22,383 bases of DNA from Deinococcales bacterium (GTDB lineage: Bacteria; Deinococcota; Deinococci; Deinococcales; JAAFIG01). Positions 15,697 to 22,383 of the stretch are shown here, in pieces. The first letter of the stretch is position 1; each line of letters starts with the position of its first letter. The stretch lies in assembly GCA_031414595.1 (NCBI GenBank), contig JANNVX010000009.1:1-22383 (forward strand), written 5' to 3'. Below the pieces are notes generated by a model, which made no database searches, had not been told where the DNA came from, and saw nothing but the letters and a program-made list of their open reading frames with translations. The translations under genes were made by a program, and so were the position numbers.

Positions 15697-16016
15697 ATCA
15701 AGTCCCCACAACCACCAATGCCAGCCAGTCTTACACCGGCACAGTCACCCCAAGTGCCTATGACTTGCGAGACCATGCCGCGATTGTTGCCAGTCAAGCC
15801 AAAGGTATTTTCATGCCAGCCGAACACGCCCTCGCCCCGCTCGAGCATCCAATTATCGCGCCTAGTCTTAGTGCCGCGCTTGCTGCTGTTCAAGACCTGA
15901 ACACCATTCTGGTACGTTGTGCGGTTAGTGTAGAACCAAGTTTAACCCGTATTTGGTGCGTTCCTCGAGACCGTCTCAAGGTCGCCCAAGCCCTCGAGCG
16001 CCGTCAGCATTTGTAA
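15693..16016 (+). CDS. Hypothetical protein, last gene of the operon
   Basis: GAGG RBS and ATGA overlap; ends just before a terminator. Confidence 0.65.
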   Translation: MNQVPTTTNASQSYTGTVTPSAYDLRDHAAIVASQAKGIFMPAEHALAPLEHPIIAPSLSAALAAVQDLNTILVRCAVSVEPSLTRIWCVPRDRLKVAQALERRQHL

Positions 16017-16029
16017 CTCGAGAAAGAAG

Positions 16030-16063
16030 AAACCCGCCTTTAACTTGGGCGGGTTTTTGTTTT
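16030..16063 (+). terminator. Rho-independent terminator, probably bidirectional
   Basis: AAACCCGCC-loop-GGCGGGTTT followed by a T tract, with an A-rich tract on the left. It lies between convergent operons. Confidence 0.85.
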
Positions 16064-16065
16064 GG

Positions 16066-16257
16066 TTAATTGTCTCGAACTTCCAACAATTCCGGCGGGA
16101 TGTTATGAAAAAACGATGCAAGAAAACGCGGGTCATTGTTAGCAGCCTGCTCAGCATCTTTGCGAATGCGTTTAGCTTGCTCAGATGTGAGTGTATCAGC
16201 AGCTCGAGCCGCAGCTAATTCTTGGTGCAATTCTCGAATTTTTTGAATGTCAATCAT
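16066..16257 (-). CDS. Hypothetical protein
   Basis: 63 aa with a GAGGA RBS; stops at the terminator. Confidence 0.65.
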   Translation of the reverse strand: MIDIQKIRELHQELAAARAADTLTSEQAKRIRKDAEQAANNDPRFLASFFHNIPPELLEVRDN

Positions 16258-16281
16258 TTAATCCTCACTCGAGCCAAAAAA

Positions 16282-16488
16282 CTAACCCCAGTATTCCAAG
16301 ATTGCTTTTACATGAGCCTTATCAGATGTGTCAGATGCTTCAAATTGAATTCCGTTGTCATCTGCCAATGGTTTAACATGACCAATTTTAGAATCTAAAA
16401 TTTGGTCTGGAATACCATCAGGAAATGCCTTACATTTTCCTTGTCCTGTAAAATGTTTGCATAGCAAACACATTGGAATTTTAATCAT
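16282..16488 (-). CDS. Small phage-associated Cys/His protein (CxxCxH..CxAFPxGIP family)
   Basis: CLLCKH..CKAFPDGIP..I..H..P..DNGIQFE pattern. Start re-called at ATG 16488 after GGAGTGAGG. Confidence 0.7.
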   Translation of the reverse strand: MIKIPMCLLCKHFTGQGKCKAFPDGIPDQILDSKIGHVKPLADDNGIQFEASDTSDKAHVKAILEYWG

Positions 16489-16576
16489 GAAAACCCTCAC
16501 TCCAACAGTGTAATGAACGCCGTAGCTTTTGAATATCAACCATGATTATCTAACACCCCAAAGACTTTGGATGAAT

Positions 16577-16969
16577 TCAAGTTGTTCTTTTGGTGTTTCT
16601 GGTATGGACTTCAGCTAGTAACTTATTCCCATCTAAGGCTTGTTGTGCATAATTGGCTAACTTGGTTTGTAACTGACCTTGTAGAGCTAACTGCACCGCT
16701 TTCTCAGCCTCAAAAAGTACCCGATAAGCCCCGATGTCGGGGTCAGTTGAATCCCTAAAAGCAGGGTCATCAAGAACACAATCAATCTCTTTTACTTTTG
16801 CTTTGGATAAGTCTTCTTCTTCCTGAACCATGTCTTTGAATTTCTTTGTGTTATCAGACATGAATTTTTTTTGCTTAACATCTTCATCCATTTTCTCGGT
16901 TAGCTTCTCAAGACAACCGGCTGTAGTTGGGCGCATAGCTTGAATCGTGGCAAGTTTTGACATATTCAC
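16577..16969 (-). CDS. Hypothetical helical protein
   Basis: 130 aa with an AAGGA RBS and a GTGA overlap with the upstream gene. Confidence 0.6.
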   Translation of the reverse strand: MNMSKLATIQAMRPTTAGCLEKLTEKMDEDVKQKKFMSDNTKKFKDMVQEEEDLSKAKVKEIDCVLDDPAFRDSTDPDIGAYRVLFEAEKAVQLALQGQLQTKLANYAQQALDGNKLLAEVHTRNTKRTT

Positions 16970-17409
16970 ACTTCCTTTTGTTTTGCTGCTCTTCGCTCCA
17001 GTACGGTGCGCTGTGCGATTGCTTTGAATTCCTCTTTATCGAATTCATACGGTACTGCTGTTGCCTTTTCTAATTTGTCCACTGTTTTCAAGAGGTCTTG
17101 CGGTGTTGATGGCTTTTCAGGTTCAAACTCGAGTTCAGACATCAGTTTCTTGTGTTCATCCCAAGTTAGCCACTCCTCAACTGGTTTATCTGGTTTTGCT
17201 CGAACTGGCTTAGGCACTTCCTCGAGTCTCGCGTACATGGCGCAGGCTTGCACCACTGCATGGGCTGCTGCGATTCGGTCAGATGCAGATTGCTTGGTGT
17301 CCTCGGCAATTCCTCGAGCGCATTCTGTGGCACTAGACAGCGCCTTTAATGCCTGTTCGTGGCTCATTGGTTTGCGTCTCGAGTGCCTTGCTGTGCGGTT
17401 ACTTGCCAT
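16966..17409 (-). CDS. Hypothetical protein (true start may be ATG 17367)
   Basis: 147-aa ORF, co-oriented and coupled within the minus-strand module. Confidence 0.65.
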   Translation of the reverse strand: MASNRTARHSRRKPMSHEQALKALSSATECARGIAEDTKQSASDRIAAAHAVVQACAMYARLEEVPKPVRAKPDKPVEEWLTWDEHKKLMSELEFEPEKPSTPQDLLKTVDKLEKATAVPYEFDKEEFKAIAQRTVLERRAAKQKEV

Positions 17410-17531
17410 AATCGGTATTGTGTCACCCCCTGCTGTGCTGCGTGTTGCTTAAAGTGATGGTTTCTTGCGGCTCTTTTGCACCGCATCAATACGGCTCGAG
17501 TTTTGTATCCCCGCGTTATCAGTCTCGAGCC

Positions 17532-18371
17532 TTAGAACTTGCCTTCAAAAAAGACCTTATTCAAATCTTCCCTAACTTTTAGAATCGGGTGCTTATTTTC
17601 GTACTGCCCAAATGCTGCGCCTTCAATCATCAGTAAATCCAATGCCCTACCGCTAACACCATGCTCGAGCAACAACGAACGCAACACAACAGGGTCACTA
17701 CTGGGTAAGCCCATACCCACAGCTTTGTAATGCTTTTTAATGGCTGCTTCTCGTAAATCCATAAGCGTAGAACGGGCAGTTGCCACAATGTTTAAGAGCG
17801 TATCGCGTTCATGGTCATAGGCTTCGATGCAAGCCATGAATTCTTTAGCGTTCTTCCAAGCGCCTTGGTCACGATGCCATGCCTGTACTTCGTTCTCGAG
17901 GTCAGACAAAGCCAGCTTTGCATCGGCATGATTATGTTCGGCTGCCTCAACTGCCCTGTGTGCTGCCCGAAGGCGGGATTCTAAGCGCTCGAGTTCGTCA
18001 AGGTCGCTTGGTGTAGAACGTGCCGCTTGACGGGCTGCTTCTTGGGCTTTCTCGGGTTCGCTTTGAATATCCTCTAAAGCATCTCTTGTCCGGCGTTCCT
18101 CTGCTCGTGCTGCTTTGATTAGCGGCTCGAGGCTTTCAGGGTCTCGAGGGTGGGTGTACCCAAATGAAATTTGCCGTGGTTGCTCGAGGCTTGGCAATTC
18201 GTCGGGTAGGTCATCGGTTTGAGTTTGCCCAAGTAACTTGAATCTGAATCTTGAGAGGGCATCTTCTGACACGCCAAAGTGTTTGGCGGTATTGGCAATG
18301 CTGTCGGTCTCGAGCATGGTTTTAATTGCCTCGAGTTCTGGGTGTGTGGTGATCGTATTTGGTCTTGGCAT
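17532..18371 (-). CDS. N-terminal HTH plus coiled-coil protein (small-terminase-like HTH possible)
   Basis: MPRPNTITTHPELEAI..SIANTAKHFGVSEDALSRFR HTH followed by a long Ala/Glu-rich heptad region; AAGGGG RBS. Confidence 0.7.
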   Translation of the reverse strand: MPRPNTITTHPELEAIKTMLETDSIANTAKHFGVSEDALSRFRFKLLGQTQTDDLPDELPSLEQPRQISFGYTHPRDPESLEPLIKAARAEERRTRDALEDIQSEPEKAQEAARQAARSTPSDLDELERLESRLRAAHRAVEAAEHNHADAKLALSDLENEVQAWHRDQGAWKNAKEFMACIEAYDHERDTLLNIVATARSTLMDLREAAIKKHYKAVGMGLPSSDPVVLRSLLLEHGVSGRALDLLMIEGAAFGQYENKHPILKVREDLNKVFFEGKF

Positions 18372-18425
18372 GATATTCCCCTTGTTTTCTTTTGCTGTGG
18401 TTGTGTTGCTCTTTTGCCGTGCTAC

Positions 18426-18462
18426 TTACCCCGCGTTATCCATCTCGAGTAACGCGGGGTAA
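18426..18462. repeat. Perfect 13-bp inverted repeat (hairpin)
   Basis: TTACCCCGCGTTA-11 nt-TAACGCGGGGTAA directly after the 18464 stop, with no U tract. Confidence 0.85.
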
Positions 18463-18463
18463 C

Positions 18464-18913
18464 TCACCCGTTAATGACCCATCCTTGTAAGTCCTCACGG
18501 GTAAAGCCATGTTCTGCCATGAGTTTCTTAGCGCGTTCCACATTGGCTTTGAATGCCTCATCACGGTTTGCATCTCGAGTGCTTTGCTGTTGGGTTACGT
18601 TCGGTGTGGTCTTGGTGGGTTGTAAGAGTTTGTCACCATTGGGGACACTGGGTAAACCAATACGCGCTCGTGCTTCGTTCAGGGTAAGAATCCCGTACTC
18701 AAGATGATACGCCCGTAATTCAATGCTGTCCTGGTTGCCAAGTGGTTTTAATCCAAATTTATTTAGCAGTGGGGTGATGTCAATGTTTTGATTGCCGAGT
18801 CTTGCTAGTGCTTCGGCTAGGACTGCGTATGTTTCGGCTTCTTGCTTTTTGAGTTCGGCTCGAGCCTTATCAAGTTCGAGTTGTATTTGTTGTTCCCTCT
18901 GGTTTGGGGTCAC
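18464..18913 (-). CDS. Small protein carrying a phage-portal C-terminal motif
   Basis: GILTLNEARARIGLPSVPNGDKL matches the G..T.NE.R...GL.P..GGD motif of HK97-type portals, but the protein is only 149 aa. AAGGAG RBS and GTG start. Confidence 0.7.
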   Translation of the reverse strand: MTPNQREQQIQLELDKARAELKKQEAETYAVLAEALARLGNQNIDITPLLNKFGLKPLGNQDSIELRAYHLEYGILTLNEARARIGLPSVPNGDKLLQPTKTTPNVTQQQSTRDANRDEAFKANVERAKKLMAEHGFTREDLQGWVING

Positions 18914-18966
18914 GGTTATTTCTCCTTTTTTGTTTCCTCGAGTTTCGCGGTGCGGTCTTGGTGGGA

Positions 18967-19149
18967 TTATGGTTCTTCTTGGTTCGGTGGTTCTCTGGGG
19001 CGTAGGGCTTCAGACCATTCCAGTAGGGTGCGCTGTCCCGTTTGTATGGCTTCCTCTGGACTGCTTGCAGTTGTTCCCTCGAGAAAGCGCTGTGTGATGG
19101 TCTTGGCGCGTTCCTTGGCTATGCGTTCGTGGTTGGTGTTGTAAGTCAT
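18967..19149 (-). CDS. Hypothetical protein
   Basis: 60 aa with an ATGA overlap with the upstream gene. Confidence 0.55.
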   Translation of the reverse strand: MTYNTNHERIAKERAKTITQRFLEGTTASSPEEAIQTGQRTLLEWSEALRPREPPNQEEP

Positions 19150-19565
19150 GCTTGCACCGTGCCGTAATACTGTCGGTGCAATTGCTCAAGCGTTTCTAAT
19201 TCTCGAGCATCGGAAGTCACAAACCACCATCCCACATGGCTCACCACAAGGTCAGCAAGGGGTACGGGGAGTTTGTCCGTTCTGGCTGCTCGAGCAAACT
19301 TCTCGAGATGAAGCGGCAAAGGTTTGGGGCGAAACTCAGGGGTTCGGTAAAGCGGTAACTTAGTTTGTTCAGTTGGTTTTAGCGTCGCATCCTCGAGCGC
19401 TGCTCGTACTGCGTCACGGTTAGCGCGTAACTGCTCGAGAATCCGTTCTGCATTTTCTGGTTGGTTTACCAAGTCGGTTGGTAAACGGTATTTGACCTTG
19501 CCATTCTCGAGCCATAATGCACCATCATTCTTGGTGATGGTTGCCATCAATGCGGTGATGGTCAT
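19146..19565 (-). CDS. Hypothetical protein with a TubC-N-terminal-like domain
   Basis: GALWLENGKVKYRLP..ILEQLRANRDAV pattern. AAGGTGAG RBS and ATGA overlap with the primase/helicase stop. Confidence 0.65.
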   Translation of the reverse strand: MTITALMATITKNDGALWLENGKVKYRLPTDLVNQPENAERILEQLRANRDAVRAALEDATLKPTEQTKLPLYRTPEFRPKPLPLHLEKFARAARTDKLPVPLADLVVSHVGWWFVTSDARELETLEQLHRQYYGTVQA

Positions 19566-22247
19566 AGCTCACCTTCTTGTTGTGGCTTTGTTTCACAGCT
19601 TGGTTTTGCCAAGGGCAAACTAAAACCCTGTGAAGTTTCTTCAATCTCACCACGGGTTAATAGGTCGGTCAGAGCGGTCTCGAGGTCACTGCTTTTGATG
19701 CCTAAGAGTTTTGGCAGTTTGTGCCGTGAAACTGTGCCACTTTTCAGGGTCTCGAGAACATTGCTTTGTAGGTCTGCCATATTCAAAGGTGGGGGTATAG
19801 GTATCGAATAATCCGTAACATCCGTAACACCCTCTAAACTACTGTCACTCACAGTATCAAGCCCGTTACGGATGCCCGTAACAGTCCGTAACACCCGTAA
19901 CACCTCGTCAGGGTCGCTCGTATACTCAGGGCTTGGGGGTGTTACGGATTCATCCGTAACGTTACGGATTGCCCGTAACGGATACAGTCTATCTAGCACA
20001 TTATTTTTTGCCCCTGTTACGGATGTTACGGATTTTTTTGTACCCCTACCCCCTGAGTTTTTATCAGAATCATCTTTTGAGGTTTCTAAGCTCGAGATTT
20101 TGACTTCTAAAACTCGAGCTTGCTGTCCGTTAATACGCCGTAGGACGCTATACTCTGCGCCCTTGGGTGTGTTGTAGGTGCTAATCATGCCACGCTCTGC
20201 CAAGGCTTTCTTAGTCGCATCAAAACTTTTTGCGATAGCCTCACCCTGTTTGGTTGCCATCGCCTGAATCTCGCTCCACACCGCTTGAGGTTGCAACAGC
20301 AAAGCACCATCACCTAACCACCCAATACAAGCCCCTTGGGTTTCGTATCGTTCGCTTTCATTCATCCCGTTGCCGCGTATTTTCAGGGCATAACCCCACT
20401 GCTCGAGATTGTCACCATCTAATGGTTTACCTGTGTTCTGGTCAAGCAGATGAGCTTTACCACTCGAGAGAACAGCTACCAGTAATTCTATGAATCGGGT
20501 TACTGGGTCATTGGCTGCTTGATGAGCCGACTGTAAAAGGGCAACCGTGACCATTGTTTCATCGGCTCGAGTCAATAATGTTGCTGCTTGCTCGAGCGTC
20601 ACAGCTTGGCTGTGTACCGCAAAACTAAGCCACACTTCAAGGCTTGCCAGTAAATCAGCAACCGCGTTTAATGTTTGCCCGTGGGTCGTATCGGGTAAAC
20701 ATTTGCTTAACTCGAGGTCATGCTGTTGTGTGCGTACCCTATGCCATTGCTGCACATCCTCGAGCCTTGGGGCTAACCATTGAATATAGGCACTCATCCC
20801 GTTCGCTAACACGCCGTTTTCGGCTGCTTGATTCAGTGGTAAACACACGTCCCGTTTTAAGTCACCACGTTTTAACTCGAGAATCAGATTACGCGCTCTT
20901 AGGCTTGTACCTGTTGGAATATCCTCACCTGTAACAATCGTTAAACCACGCGGTTTGTACTGGGTTGCTGCCTCGAGAACACCACCTTGACCCCAAGTCA
21001 TGCGTCCTCGAGATTGCCCGTTAGCTTGACCACGCAAAATTCTATCGGCTGTGCTGTGCAATTTTTGGCGTTCAATACTCGAGCCTTTAGGATTAAAGTC
21101 ATCAATTACAGCTACGCTATCCTTCAAAGTGAACAGTAACTTCTCTAGTTTTGAGGGTGTGCTTTCCCAATTATCGGGTAGAGTGTGACCCCTGAAACTC
21201 GATCCAAAGTGCGACAGCATCAAACCAACAAGCCCACTTTTGCCCGTGCCTGTAAGCCCATATAAGAAAATGCTGTAGTTTGCTGCGCCAAGGACTGAAC
21301 GCCACACGGCAAGCCACACAACAATTGTTACGGTATCAGGTGCGGTTTCGAGTAAAACTAAACTGGTTTGAATTGCTACTCGAGCCTCTAAGTTAGTCAC
21401 AGCACTGGGTAGGCTGTAGCGTTCGTATTTGGCTAAGTCCACTTCAATATCTGGTACTGCACCGTTCACACCAAGAGCGCCGCCGTTGTGCAAGTAAACT
21501 TGTCCGTAGCCTTTGAGGTTGCGCCATCCGGTGTGGGTGTACACCGTTCGGTTGCTGTAATCCCTTTCGGCACTCAAAACCTGAATCGCATGTCGAAGTT
21601 TATTTTGTGCATTCTGAAATGGTTGCACAATCACACGAGCGCCCCATTCCTTTGTGACCCATGCCATACCGCCAAAGCTCGAGGTAGGCACATCAATTTG
21701 GTGTAAGGCTGTGCCATCGCTTAGAACTCCCTCGAGGGTGATGTATTTCTGACTTGTGCCGCTTCCATCGTCCTTGGTTGTTTCGGCAATAATCCATACA
21801 AAGAAATTACACAGGGCAAGTGTGTACTGTTCTTCGTCACCTTTTGCACCTTTGCCTTTTTTAATTTCCACAATGTGCGGGTAGTTCTTCGTCACGGCAT
21901 AATCGCCAGCCATGAGAGTAAATTCTGGTAACTGGCTTTTTGTTACGGGGTCGCTCGAGTTTTCGCCCGTGCTTGGTTTTATTGCTTTGGGCTTTGACTT
22001 ACCAAGTGATTTTTTACCTACATGGCTCATATCTCGAGGCTCGAGTTTGCCAGCTTTGAGACCACTGTCAATACTTGTCCGTGCATTACGGTCTGGTTTT
22101 ATCCAACTGTTGACAGCGTTCTCGAGCGCTGCGTGTGCTTCGGATTCAGTCAGTACCCCCGAACCTACCAATTGACCAAGAGCAAAAGCACTTGTATTTA
22201 TTTGATTGTTACCCATTCCCTCCGGTGCATTCCTAACAGCCGTACAA
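19562..22247 (-). pseudogene. DUF927-type primase/helicase, 5'-interrupted by an IS (884-aa ORF 19562..22216 remains open)
   Basis: VYTHTGWR segment, Walker A GLTGTGKS, Walker B VIDD, GQSRGR, TGED and SLRAR motifs, C-terminal wHTH. The N-terminus is a primase C-terminal helical domain (AVRNAPEGMGNNQINTSAFALGQLV..SGLKAG..PR) whose homology begins upstream of the called Met and stops at the IS end. Confidence 0.75.
19791..20053. repeat. Iteron-like array inside the rep gene, candidate replication origin
   Basis: 12 copies of CCGTAAC/GTTACGG. Perfect 20-bp inverted repeat at 19810-19829/20015-20034, extended by GGGGGTATAGGTA/TACCCCTACCCCC. Confidence 0.8.
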
Positions 22248-22383
22248 TAGACGTTATCGGAAATAAGAAACTAGCTCGATTTCCGCAAAGCCCGTTTGCG
22301 AAAAGCACAGCGAAGGTTATGCAAACCACAAGCAATCTCCATAAACCAATCAGAGCAATACCACTTCGTATTCCGCAACACGT
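22248..22383 (-). mobile_element. End of an insertion sequence (probably IS5 family, ISL2-like / DDE_Tnp_4)
   Basis: Transposase-like C-terminus followed within about 20 nt by a candidate terminal repeat (plus strand TAGACGTTATCGGAAATAAG), exactly where primase homology begins. Confidence 0.7.
22271..22381 (-). CDS. Transposase C-terminal fragment (partial)
   Basis: Hand translation VLRNTKWYCSDWFMEIACGLHNLRCAFRKRALRKSS*. The ME.ACGLHNLR motif is typical of DDE_Tnp_4 transposase ends. Confidence 0.7.
   Translation of the reverse strand: MLRNTKWYCSDWFMEIACGLHNLRCAFRKRALRKSS

Larger units (their letters stand above)
12240..22383. mobile_element. tRNA-Ala-integrated element, phage-satellite/PICI-like (right end outside the window)
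   Basis: The integrase abuts the tRNA 3' end, followed by xis, an HTH regulator, small ORFs and a primase/helicase. No capsid, tail, large terminase or conjugation genes are visible. The second att site is not in the window. Confidence 0.85.

Noticed and set aside
17509-18462. CCCCGCG/GCGGGG words resembling type I-E CRISPR repeats or a solitary repeat unit
   Set aside because: Only two copies 920 bp apart, wrong stem-loop geometry, no spacers and no cas genes.
19810-20034. CCGTAAC array as a CRISPR array or MITE
   Set aside because: The units are 7-9 bp in mixed orientation with irregular spacing, no target duplication is evident, and the reading frame is preserved. An origin fits better.
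12240-22383. Second att copy (tRNA-Ala 3' end duplicate)
   Set aside because: Not found by eye within the window, so the element boundary cannot be called.

Overview
The window has three parts. (1) 1-7082, minus strand: a candidate lipoprotein-anchored polymorphic toxin locus. A WD40 beta-propeller lipoprotein is coupled (TAATG overlap) to a 1311-aa lipoprotein with Ig-like domains, a ZU5-like domain ending in an HFS autoproteolysis motif, and a C-terminal CdiA-CT/tRNase-like PD-(D/E)xK domain. Next come a small Cys-rich candidate immunity gene and a second lipoprotein, missing from the ORF track, that reuses the toxin's middle region at about 99% identity and runs off the left edge. (2) 7259-12239: housekeeping genes (divergent PlsY fused to an acyl-ACP-reductase-like domain, TPR-GGDEF cyclase, tsaE, birA, tRNA-Ala(TGC)). 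(3) 12240 to the end: an element integrated at tRNA-Ala that looks like a phage satellite. It has a tyrosine integrase, xis, an Xre-HTH/MazF pair at a divergent promoter, six coupled micro-ORFs, a convergent module with a portal-fragment protein and an HTH/coiled-coil protein, and a DUF927-type primase/helicase. That last gene contains a symmetric iteron array and is interrupted by an IS at the right edge. The palindrome CTCGAG occurs about 120 times by hand count. Gene content suggests a Deinococcota host (inference). All family calls come from motif recognition, not database searches.
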